Of a DNA stretch of 64,000 nt, positions 1 through 10,600 are shown in pieces. The notes below the pieces were generated by a model. It had not been told where the DNA came from, searched no databases, and saw only the letters and a list, made by a program, of their open reading frames with translations. The position numbers and the translations under genes were made by a program. Source of the stretch: Basidiobolus meristosporus CBS 931.73 (lineage: Eukaryota; Fungi; Basidiobolomycota). The DNA lies in the NCBI GenBank assembly GCA_002104905.1, contig MCFE01000001.1:248001-312000 (forward strand). Direction: 5' to 3'. Within the stretch, counting starts at the first letter, position 1; each line of letters opens with the position of its first letter.

Positions 1-2
1 AA

Positions 3-53
3 GGATACTCTCATACAAAAGGACATGATTATACTGAGACCTTTGCACCAGTG
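3..53 (+). mobile_element. Fragment of copia reverse transcriptase from another element copy, truncated by a downstream insertion
   Basis: Frame from base 3 reads GYSHTKGHDYTETFAPV, matching GYSQTKGLDYTETFALV in the RT ORF at 780-2720. The reading frame is lost after about base 53. Confidence 0.8.
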
Positions 54-307
54 TGGTAGGATAAACATACCTCCCACAGACAAGTTTATTCATATAGTCA
101 TTATGATATACTAATCCATTTTTATCTTATCAGTATTATCCATTCTTCTTTTGCCCATATTATCAGTATTATCCCCATATGATGTTTACCCTGATTAGTT
201 ATTAGCATTAGTTATCCCAGATGTTATTCAGCCTTGTGATCAGTATATGTATCTACATAAGGCAAGTACCCGTGTCAGTACCCATGACACATGACCTAGG
301 TCTGTAT

Positions 308-653
308 TGTTGTAAGAGTCTTGGAGATATTGGAAGTGATTTGGAGAAGAAGTAGATTATGTGGTTTTCACTTGATGATTTATTGAATGTAAAAGTAGTA
401 CTTATACTTTTACCTGGTCTTGGCATTACAAATACGTAGAATAGGTTAAGGAAGGTCCCAAGAACATGTGTGCAAAGTTTGGGGCTGTTTGGACTACTTG
501 AGAATTTTCATGTTCTGGGTACCTGGTATTTTGGTGAAAATATTCTAAGTAATCCAACAAGGAATTTGGTCAGTATTCTCTAGGATTTGAAGGTAATGAT
601 CCAAGTGACTAAGTTAGGTGAATATTTAGGTGGAAATACAAATTTTTACAACA
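308..653 (-). repeat. 3' LTR of the copia element (346 bp)
   Basis: Ends TGTTGTAA...TTACAACA, is a direct repeat of 4636-4967, and is adjacent to the PPT. Confidence 0.95.
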
Positions 654-662
654 CTCCCACTC
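654..662 (-). promoter_or_regulatory. Polypurine tract (GAGTGGGAG)
   Basis: Purine-rich run immediately before the 3' LTR on the minus strand; the same 9-mer precedes the LTR at 5250. Confidence 0.85.
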
Positions 663-3600
663 AGCTAAATGCTCATACTGACTAGTCCTAATTTTGACCT
701 AAGATATTCAAACTTGTCTCTAGCTAATGGTTTGGTAAATATGTCTGCAATCATTTCATCTGTAGGACAGTAAACTATGCTAACTGAAGTTATTCTCTAT
801 AGCTTCACATATGAAATGATGTCTAATATCTATGTGCTTGGTTTTAGCATGAAAAGTTGGATTTCTACCTAATTGTATACATCCTTGATTATCTTGAAAT
901 AAAGTAATGGGCGTATTTCGACATAGGCCTAAATCTGTAAAAAGCTTTCTTAACCACATTGCTTCTTTTGTAGCTTCACAGGCTGCCATGTACTCTGCCT
1001 CTGTGGTGGAAAGTGCTACAGTTGGTTGCTTTCTTGAATTCCATGAAATTGCTGCTTTACAGTGAAGAAAGGTGTATCCTGTGGTGGATCTTCTGTCTTC
1101 TAAATTTTGTCCCCAATCAGCATCAGAGTATCCCACAAGATCCTGTTCTGAGTCCTTATAAGTGTATCTTAAGCAGATATCAGCAGTTCCTTTTAGGTAT
1201 CTAAAAATCCGCTTAACTGCTGCAATATGATCAGATTCATAGTTCTGATTATGTTGGCTGACAACTGCCACTGAATATGAGCTATCTGGATGTGTTCCAA
1301 GCATGATATACATCAGACTGCCAACCATAGATTGATGAGGAAAGTCAGGGCTTTCAGATGGCACCAAGCTCTGTTGATTTGGTTGAGTTTTGACCAAGTT
1401 AAGGTTTGTCTCCATTGGGGTAGCTGCCGGTTTACAGTCTTCCATTTTGTACTTCTTTAGTATATCTTGAATATACTTGGATTGACTTAGGGTGATAGTC
1501 TGGGTACTTCTGTCTATGGAGAACTTAATCCCTAAGTAGTAACCAAGTTCTCCTAGATTGGACATCTTGAACTCCTTAGATAGGCTGGATTTAGTTTCTT
1601 CCAATGTTTCTAGGTTATTGGCGGCTATAATAAGATCATCTACATATAGAGCTAATAGAACTGGATTTGCTCCATCTGGCTTATAGTATATACTATAGTC
1701 AGCATTACTCCTTTTGAAACTCAAAGATTCCAAATAAGAATCTATCTTGCAATTCCAGGCTCTTGGTGATTGTTTGAGACCATATAGTGACTTTTTAAGC
1801 TTGCAGACCAAGTGGGGGTTATCTTGGTCAACAAACCCATCAGGCTGGTCCATATACACATCCTCATCAAGTTCTCCATTCAAAAATGCAGTTTTTACAA
1901 CCATTTGATGAATAAAAAACTTATACTTGGCTGCAATAGCCAATATTAATCTGATGGAATTAAACTTGGCTACCAGTGCAAAGGTCTCAGTATAGTCAAG
2001 TCCTTTTGTTTGAGAGTATCCTTTGGCTACAAGTCTTGCTTTGTATCTTTCAGTTGTACCATCAGCCTTGTATTTTGTCTTAAAGACCCATCTGCATCCA
2101 ATTGATTTTTGGTTGATTGGTAATTTGACTAAGTCCCAAGTTTGATTTTCCATCAGGGCCTGATATTCCTCAGTCATTGCAGATCTCCAAAACTTTGTCT
2201 GAGGGCTATTTAGGGCCTCTTTTACAGTCTGGGGTTCATCAACATGGACTGAATAGGCATAGGCTAAGTTTGTACCCTTGTTGATATAGTAATTTGAGCT
2301 ATTTCTTGTCCAATGGGATATCTGGGCATTTGATACTGGAATAATCACTTCTGGGATATTCCTGGGCACTGATTCTGGCTGAAACACGGTTGTAGAGTCC
2401 TCTGGAGTGAAAAAATTTTCATTGTTTTGCTCCGATTCAATCCTGACAATTGATGGACTTGAGATCAAATTTTTGTCATCATCTGATGCCATTTTTTGTG
2501 AAAATTTTGAATTTTCATCAAACAACACATCCATGGACTTGATCAGCTTCTTTGCTTTGGTATTGTAGAGTCTGTTTGCCTTACTCTCATTGCAGTATCC
2601 CAAAAATATGCATTTTACACTTTTTGGCTCAAATTTTGACTGATTTCTGGCAGTTTTTTGGCATATGCTGTACACCCAAATATTCTTAGATGTTCTGCAT
2701 TTGGTCTGCATCCATACCATGCTTCAAATGGAGTAGAATTACCAAGTATTCTGTTATAACTCCTATTTTTAAGGTATACAGCAGTGGCAACTGATTCCAC
2801 CCAAAAATTGTAGGATAATTTTTGATCATGGATCATAGATCTTTCCATATCAATTATTGATCTGTTAGCACATTCTACTACTTCATTTTGCTGTGGGGAG
2901 TATGGTACAGTAGTCTCTTGCTTTATCCCATGAATTCTGCAGAAATGGATGAAGAGTTTTGAGGTATATTCTCCACCATTGTCAGAGCATATTTTCTTGA
3001 TTTTTTCACCAGTTTCTCTCTCCACCATGGCTTTAAACTCCCTGAGCTTAGACAGAGCTTCTTCCTTTCTCTCCATGAAGTAGACTCATGTGCATCTTGT
3101 ATAATCATCAATAAAAGTGATTAAATACTTTATTGCACCTAAGGATAAAATTTGCATAAGTCCATACAGATCTGAGTGAATTAGATCTAATTTTTTCTTA
3201 GTTTTGATTAACCCAGAGCTCTTGAATGGTTGTCTGGCTTGTTTCCCATATATGCAGGCTTCACAGTGCTCTAAATTAGCTGGGGGATCAATTTTCACCC
3301 CAGAAATTAGCTGATCTTTGATCATTTTGCGCAAATAATCAAAATTGATATGCCCAAATCTCCTGTGCCAAACCATTGGTGTTTCTTCATTTAAGTTACT
3401 TATAGTGGCTTTCAAATATGATGGAATATAAGTCAACTTGTATAGGTTCTGATCTCTGATACCCAAAGCAATAAGGGCACCATTTTGATCAGTGATCTTG
3501 CATCCTTGTCAAAGCTGAAACTGAGTCCTTCTGCAGTGGCCTTGCTTACAGATAGTAGGTTCTTGGCTATTTCTAGTACATAGAGTACTTCTTTAAAGGT

Positions 3601-4622
3601 CAGTGTATGGCTTCCTTCACTGCTTCTTAGGTTTACTTGGAAAGTTCCTTCTCCCACTGCATCAAGTGTTCTATTGTTGCCCATGAAGTGTTCTTAATTG
3701 GAATTTCTTGATATTGGGTAAAAAGTTCTTTTTGGTGTGTAAAGTGTTGAGATGCTCCAGAGTCAATATACTATGTCTGAGAATCCTTGTTTGTGGTAAT
3801 ATCTAGTGCAGATATGAATAGTCTATCTTCAGCTGTTGCAGCATTTCCATAATCAGGCTTCTTTTGCTGATTTTCTTTCTTTTTGAGACACCAATCTGAT
3901 GTGTGTCCTTTCCTTTTGCAGTAGTCACAAAACAGGTTGCTGTTGCCTTTGTAGGGTCTTGGGTACCTCCTTTGATGGTTATCATTGCTTATTAAAGCAT
4001 TTTCTTCTTCCTTCTTATTGGCACTTGATTTTCTTAATTCTTCATCCAGGAGCCTTCCATATACGTAATTTTAGGTCAAATCTTCAGTTCTGGACTCTAG
4101 GGCTGATACAAGGCCCTGAAACTCATCTGTCAGGCTATCCAGGATGGTAACTATCACATCCTCATCAGTAGTTGGTACGCCCACAGATTCCATCTCATCT
4201 ACCAGCAGGGTAATTCTGATAATTAGATTTTTTATTTCTTCCCCTGGCAGCATCTTTGTAGTAAAGAATTTTTGTCTCAGATACATTTTCTTAGCAGCTG
4301 AACATGACTGGTAGGTGTCTTCTAATGCCTTCCAGGCATTCTTTGCCATTTTTGCTCTTGAGCATTGAATTAGCAATTTGTCTTTAACATTAAGGCAAAT
4401 GCAGTCAAAGGCACTTTGTTCTTTCTTCTGGTACTTTAAGGCTTCCTCTCCCACATTTTTAGGAGGCCATTCTTCTCCCATGACAATATCCCAAAGGCCT
4501 CTTTCATGTAGCAGCATCTTCATCTTCACCTTCCACACTTGGTAGTTAGATCCATCCAACTTTTCAACAGAGGGAAAAATTCCAGTAATAGCACTAGTGG
4601 ACATTGCAGAGAGTGACAGCTT

Positions 4623-4635
4623 GGGGCTCATAACC
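4623..4635 (-). promoter_or_regulatory. Primer binding site GGTTATGAGCCCC (copia-type, internal tRNA-iMet fragment primer)
   Basis: Directly follows the 5' LTR on the minus strand and resembles the GGTTATGGGCCC PBS of copia/Hemivirus elements. Confidence 0.8.
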
Positions 4636-4967
4636 TGTTGTAAGAGTCTTTGAGATATTGGAAGTGATTGGAGGACAAGTAGACTATGTGGTTTTCACTT
4701 AATGATTTATTGAATGTAAAAGTAGTATTTATACTTTTACCTGGTCTTGGCATAGCAAACACATAGAATAGGTTAAGGAAGGTCCCAAGCGCATGTGTGC
4801 AAAGTTTGGGGCTGTTTGGACAACTTTGAGAATTTTCATGTTCTGGGTAAATATTCCAAGTAAATCCCAACAAGGAATTTTGGTCAGTATTCTCTAGGAT
4901 TTGAAGGTGATGATCCAAGTGACTAAGTTAGGTGAATATTTAGGTGGAAATACAAATTTTTACAACA
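4636..4967 (-). repeat. 5' LTR of the copia element (332 bp)
   Basis: TGTTGTAA...TTACAACA termini; aligns with 308-653 with scattered substitutions, small indels and one deletion of about 15-18 bp. Confidence 0.95.
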
Positions 4968-5168
4968 AATAAATCATTAAGTGAAAAACACATAATCTAC
5001 TTGTCCTCCCAATCACTTCCAATATCTCCAAGACTCTTACAACAGAATCTTCAGTTCTGGACTCTAGGGCTGATACAAGGCCCTGAAACTTGTCTGTCAG
5101 TTTGTAGCCAATGATCTAAGTGACTAAGTTAGGTGAATATATAGGTGGAATTCCAAATTTTTACAACA
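4968..5168. mobile_element. Scrambled copia fragments: inverted LTR end (4968-5044), gag duplicate (about 5047-5100, copy of about 4079-4133), LTR end (about 5110-5168)
   Basis: Direct comparison with the LTR and gag sequence inside this window. Confidence 0.85.
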
Positions 5169-5169
5169 A

Positions 5170-5585
5170 GAATACCATTGCTAGAGACAAATTTCAGTAT
5201 CTCAGATCACAATTAGACTAGTTGATATAGGAATTTAGTTGAGTGGGAGTGTTGTAACTCTTGCAATTATACCTACATATTTATCTAACTTAGCCACTTT
5301 GATTATAGCTTACAAATCTTAGAGAATTCTGACTAAACTCCTTATTGGAATATTTTTACCAAAATATCAGGTACTCAAAACATGAAACTTCTCAAAGTTG
5401 CCTAAACAGCCCCACACTTTGTACACACATTCCTGGGACCTTTCTAAGCCCACTTTCATGTCTGTTATGCCACAAATATGTAAAAGTATAAATATTACTT
5501 CTGCATTCAATAAATCAATAAGTGAAAACCACATAATCTACATGTTCTCCCAGTGATTTCCAATATCATCAGAACACTAACAACA
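5170..5585 (+). mobile_element. 3' end of a second, diverged copia copy: RNaseH tail, PPT (5241-5249) and LTR (5250-5585)
   Basis: Degenerate PLARDKFQYLRSQLGLV-like tail, GAGTGGGAG followed by TGTTGTAA, LTR ending ACTAACAACA; homologous to the reverse complement of 308-653. Confidence 0.85.
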
Positions 5586-5599
5586 TGCTCTGCCAAAAC

Positions 5600-6001
5600 T
5601 GTGTGAAAGTACAAATATTACTTTTTCACTCAATAAGTCAATAAATCAGGACTATGCAATTTACCTGTTCTCCCAACCACCTTCAATATCTCCAAAACTC
5701 CTACAATATGGTGTACACATGTTGTTTTATGTAGTTCAAATAAAGTATTTATACCTTTTAAAGGACTTGTAGAGCTAATGATAAGAATACTGTAAGGAAG
5801 CTCCCAGGAAGCTGTGAGCAGATTTTGGGGGATTTTGGACAAGTTTGAAAATATTGAAAACTTTCAGGCCTTCACTAATTCTAAGAATTAGCCACTATCT
5901 CACCAACTGAACTGTAAGTAAATAGCTTATAACTTAGCAATAAGCCAAGTAGAATCTTACATTATATGAATGGTTTAGGTGCAAACTGAACATTTACAAC
6001 A
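5600..6001. repeat. Further diverged LTR remnants: partial LTR about 5600-5708 and a solo-like LTR 5720-6001 in the minus-type orientation
   Basis: Motifs gtaaggaagctcccagg and tttgggggattttggacaagtttg align with the LTR core; starts TGTTGT at 5720 and ends TTTACAACA at 6001. Confidence 0.65.
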
Positions 6002-6481
6002 ATAAGATGATATTGAGAATTCTAACAATGAGTATAGATATTTATTAAATTATGCATTATGTAATTATGGATAATTTAGGTGCTATACAGGCCAATGGTA
6101 ACATTCACAACACCATAACCCATGATTCAAAGATAGAGATTTGCTACAATGCAGGTCAAATGCCAAATGAGCAGGAGGTAAGTGGTATAAATGTTGTACC
6201 AATGATCCATTGCGATTTTGGATTGCAGAATGCAAGGTAGGAATAGCAGCAAAAGGTACAGAACCAATGATAAATTCACATCATATATTTATAGTTAGTA
6301 AATACACAGAAGAAGGCCAGCATCATGAGCTTCGATGAGGAAGAAATAGTTTATTATACCAGTAACCATCAATTCTAGTATACACGGTCCATCAAGGATG
6401 AGGTTGGCGGTAGATGGGGATACTTGTGGAAAGGAGCCTCGGATTAGGGAAGTATCATTAGGTTGCGGCGGAGAAGGGACT

Positions 6482-6716
6482 TTAGAATAGGTGCTCGAAG
6501 AAAGAGAATAGGGCTGAGCCAAGGACTACGAATAGTAAGAAGCCGACAGCGTAGGGACTAAGTCCGCTCTTTTCGTCTTCCTCCTCCTCTCTCTGGCCAC
6601 GTTTGGTGACGCGCTTGGCGTATTGCTGGTTCTTTTGACGCATGGTGGGAGTGGTTGCCTGAAACAAGGGATTAATTCCTGAGGCTGAGAAACAGAGTTG
6701 CAAAGAACATTACCAT
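6482..6716 (-). CDS. RAMP4: RAMP4/SERP1/Ysy6 ER translocon-associated tail-anchored protein (about 59 aa, 2 exons)
   Basis: ATG-only exon (6716-6714), 55-nt intron (6713-6659), then ATTPTMRQKNQQYAKRVTKRG...SPYAVGFLLFVVLGSALFSFFEHLF*. Confidence 0.88.
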
Positions 6717-7671
6717 TGTAAAGTGTATCTACGCGTAGAGGATCTTTAGAGCAGACACACCAAGGCTTCTTGCTTATATACGAGTCGGAAATATCTAGGG
6801 AAACCAACCCGAAACATCGATTGAAGTCGCAAATCAAATGAGGCCAAGTCGATGTGTTGATCTCTGGTCGATTGGCCATGAAGTCTATTTCATCCAATTG
6901 AATTGAAGCCAATTCAGTATACTTCCATAGAGAAAGTCACGGGATACAAGCAAGGCCTATCGGAAATAAACAAGGAGTAAATAAAGATACCCACGGAGTT
7001 AAGCAAATCCCAAACACGAATAAAAAGTTGGTTAATGTGTCAACCAACCTTGCAAGCCATGGCTACACAAGATGTTGACTGAACGAGGTTGCGCCCAACG
7101 AAAGAGAAAAATTTTCGTCGCTTAAATCAAGTCACAGAATTGACCAATCGCCTCTCATTTGGGACTTAATTGCACCCTTTCTTGCCCAATATTGGGGCGG
7201 GGATCGGTTTGATTCGCTACTTGTGATACCCCAGACTCATAAGGAAGTCATGAATTCGATTGCTTTGAAAACCATAGCATTGTATCGGCATTGCGACTTT
7301 GCCGAGAATTCAGCCATGATCATGCCAGAGGAACTGGCGAGTGGATCTTAATGATGGGAATTCGGAGTCGCTTTTTTTTGCATCTGAAAATTTTTTCTTA
7401 AATTGGTGGTTGAATGAATCTTTCTGAAGTTGGTGGTGTTTCCTAAGATTTTCGTATTTGGTGCGGTGCATATAAACATTTTGACTTTTAGGTTTAGTTT
7501 TCGGCCACCTCTCTCCAACTGCGTTTATACTGGTGTTCTGCCTGAAGCAACAATTCTCCTCTGTCTTTACCTTGTTTGAACCAGCTATTGCTGGCGTATT
7601 TCCGCTTTCTTCATATCTCCCAATTACAATAGCACCACACCACATATATATACTGCATTCTACCTTGAAGC

Positions 7672-10600
7672 ATGTTTTCTTTTTCGCATAAAGCTTTTGT
7701 TTCTCAACGCAAGCGGCTACTCGGAAGTGTGCTCACAACACGCACCTCCGCAGGCGTCCAGACGAAAAGCACAAGCTTCCTTGAGGCCACCCTCCGTAAG
7801 CCTGTTCAAAGTCGTTACCTGAACAGCTCAGTAACCAAAAACAACCTGGCTTCAGCAGACTTGGCTGCCGCTCCCGGTCTCAGTGCAGTTGAGACTTTAC
7901 CGGAGGCCATGAATCCTCTGATGGAGAGTTTGACCACTGCCGGAAGCAAGGATTTGCTCATATTGCCACGTCCACGCTCGCAGGACTTCAATGACGGCAA
8001 ATTTAACATCAAAGAGCGTTTGGTGGTTATGCACGCCTGTCTGAAGACCGGTGACGTTGACCGTGCTCGGCGTATGCTCACAAGCTTATACAAATCCAAC
8101 CCCCAAAAGATGAACGAATTGGCGGATATTCACGTTCACAATTCGTTGTTGAGAGGCTACATTGAGAAGAGCCCCAGACCACACGTTGTGCAGGCCATGA
8201 ATTGGTTCGATACTATCAAAAAGTACGGACTTTCTCCGGATTGCACCACGTACGCTATCTTGATCAAAGGGTTCTTGAGAATCAACAGCGTCAACGCAGC
8301 CAAGGTAATTGCTCAAGAAATGCTGAAAGCTGGATACACGATGGAGCAGCTCTACGGTAACCCGCACCTTGATGATGCTGATCTTAAGAAGTTGATTGGA
8401 ATTGCCGAGGAGCTGGCCCCCGTCAGCGTAGCAAAGGGAAAGCCACAAGCTCCCGCTGCCCCGGAAGCTACCCCCGAAGCCTTTGCAGATATCAAATCCA
8501 GCAACCCGCTCGGTGTTCGTATGTTGAGAAAGTCTCTTGAAACGGCCAGCGCAAATTACATGGATCTATATGAAAGGCAGTTGAAGTTGGAGCAACAAGC
8601 GATCGAGGCCGAGGTTGCTCGTCTAGCCGAGCTCGATAAGGGCCGCGGCGAGGGCGCTGTCAATTTCAGATCTTCACACCTCAAAAGAATGATTCGTGAC
8701 TGGCATGGTGAGCTTGTGAAACGAATTCAAGATGAAGCTGCTCGTGTCGCCGATGACAGCAAAGATATTACCACTAGCTACGGAGCACTATTGCGATCAG
8801 TCGCACCAGAGAAATTGGCCATCATCACCATCAATGAGATGCTTCGATCCAATGCCAATGGTGATGTCTCTGATGGCACGAAGAGTACCCAGCTGTTGTT
8901 GTCGATCGGAAAAGCAGTTGAGCTAGAGTACCACTCTGATATCTTAAAGAAGAGATCCAACAGCCACTTGCTTGATCGCCGTGTACAGGTCCAGTCGTTA
9001 TATTCCTCGGGCAAGCTGTTCAACATGACTGTGCGCCGTGCGGAGGCCAAGAAAGAAAGGGAAGCTATAGAATCTGAATGGGTCCCAAGATGGACAAAGG
9101 AGATGCACATGAGTATTGGTTCCATCTTGGCTTCTTCCTTGATTGAATCAGCCAAAGTTCATACCAAACGTGTCAACGACGCCACCGGAGACGTCGAGGT
9201 CTTCAAGGAAGATGCTTTCTACGTCACACATCAATATCAGCGCGGTCGACAAATCGGGGTGGTTAAGCTCCATCCCAAGCTCATTGATATTCTTAGTGAA
9301 GGGCCCCTTCAAGAGGGGGTTCACCCTCGTCTGCTGCCTATGTTGGTGACTCCCAAGCCTTGGCTTACATATAATAGTGGTGGCTATCTCACTAGCAGAT
9401 CCCTGTGCATGAGAATCAAGGGAAGCCCCGAGCAACTTGCCTACTTGCAGGAGGCTTCCAATAAGGATTGTTTGGCCGTGGCCTTGGCTGGACTAGATGT
9501 GCTTGGTGCCACCAAATGGCAAGTGAATCGCAAGGTCTTCGACGTCGTGCTGAAGGTCTGGAACTCCGGAGAGGAGCTTGGTGACATCCCGCCCGCAGAG
9601 ATTCACCGAGAGGTCCCACCAAAGCCTGAAGATTACGACGAGAACCCACAGGCCCGTTGGCAATGGATGAAGGAGTACCGCGAGGTCCAAAGTCTCAAAC
9701 GAAACAATCACTCACTTCGCTGTGATGCGAACTACAAGGTTGAAATTGCCAAGGCATTCCTGGGACAATCCATGTATTTCCCACACAACTTTGATTTCCG
9801 TGGCCGAGCATATCCCATTCCACCACATTTCAATCATTTGGGTAGCGATCTTTGTAGAGGAATGCTCCTCTTCGACGATGCAAAGCCTCTTGGCAAGTCT
9901 GGGCTGAAATGGCTCAAGATTCACCTGGCCTCACTGGCTGGTTACGACAAGCACTCGTTCGAGGATCGAGTGAGTTACATCGAAAGCAACCTCAATAAGG
10001 TGTTTGACTCCGCTGACCGCCCACTTGACGGAGACCGTTGGTGGTTGCAGGCCGAAGATCCTTGGCAATGCTTGGCTGCCTGCTTTGAGTTGACCGAGGC
10101 TTTACGTAGCCCAGAGCCCGAGGAATTCTGCTCTCGACTTCCCGTTCATCAGGACGGTACATGTAATGGTCTACAGCATTATGCCGCTCTGGGTGGTGAT
10201 AAGGAGGGAGCCCGTCAGGTGAACCTGATTCCCAGCGGAGCACCAGCTGATATTTACACTGGTGTTGCCAACAAGGTGATTGAGTTGATTGAAAAGGAGG
10301 CAGCTCTGGGCATTGATAAAGCCCAGATCTTGAAGGGCAAAATTACACGTAAGGTAGTCAAGCAAACCGTCATGACCAATGTGTATGGTGTAACCGTCAT
10401 TGGTGCACGTGCGCAGATTTCCAATCGTCTTCGAGAGATTGAGGAGTTGAAGGATGTGGACGTGTTTGGATTGTCTACTTACCTGACTCGGTTAGTCTTT
10501 GATTCCCTTGGTGAGATGTTTACTGGAGCTCGAAACCTTCAAGATTGGCTCAACGAAAGTGCTAGAAGAATTGCACGAAGCATTCCTGCTGAATTGCTGG

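Larger units (their letters stand above)
308..4967 (-). mobile_element. Ty1/copia LTR retrotransposon, near full length, degenerate (gag-PR-IN-RT-RH with stops and frameshifts)
   Basis: Gag 4071-4631 (KLDGSNYQVW), zinc knuckle CDYCKRKGHTSDWC at about 3900-3940, protease YIDSGASQHF at about 3750, GAG-pre-integrase WHRRFGH (3086-3466), integrase SDNGGEY/PQQN (2615-3076), RT YVDDL and RNaseH YSDADW/TKHIDIRHHF (780-2720). IN precedes RT, the copia order. Two LTRs, PBS and PPT are present. Confidence 0.97.

Noticed and set aside
6526-6912. 128-aa minus-strand ORF overlapping RAMP4
   Set aside because: Starts at a non-ATG codon, runs through the RAMP4 intron and overlaps its CDS out of frame; no recognisable domain.
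7310-7645. 111-aa minus-strand ORF upstream of RPO41
   Set aside because: Low-complexity promoter/leader DNA with no homology cues; probably chance.
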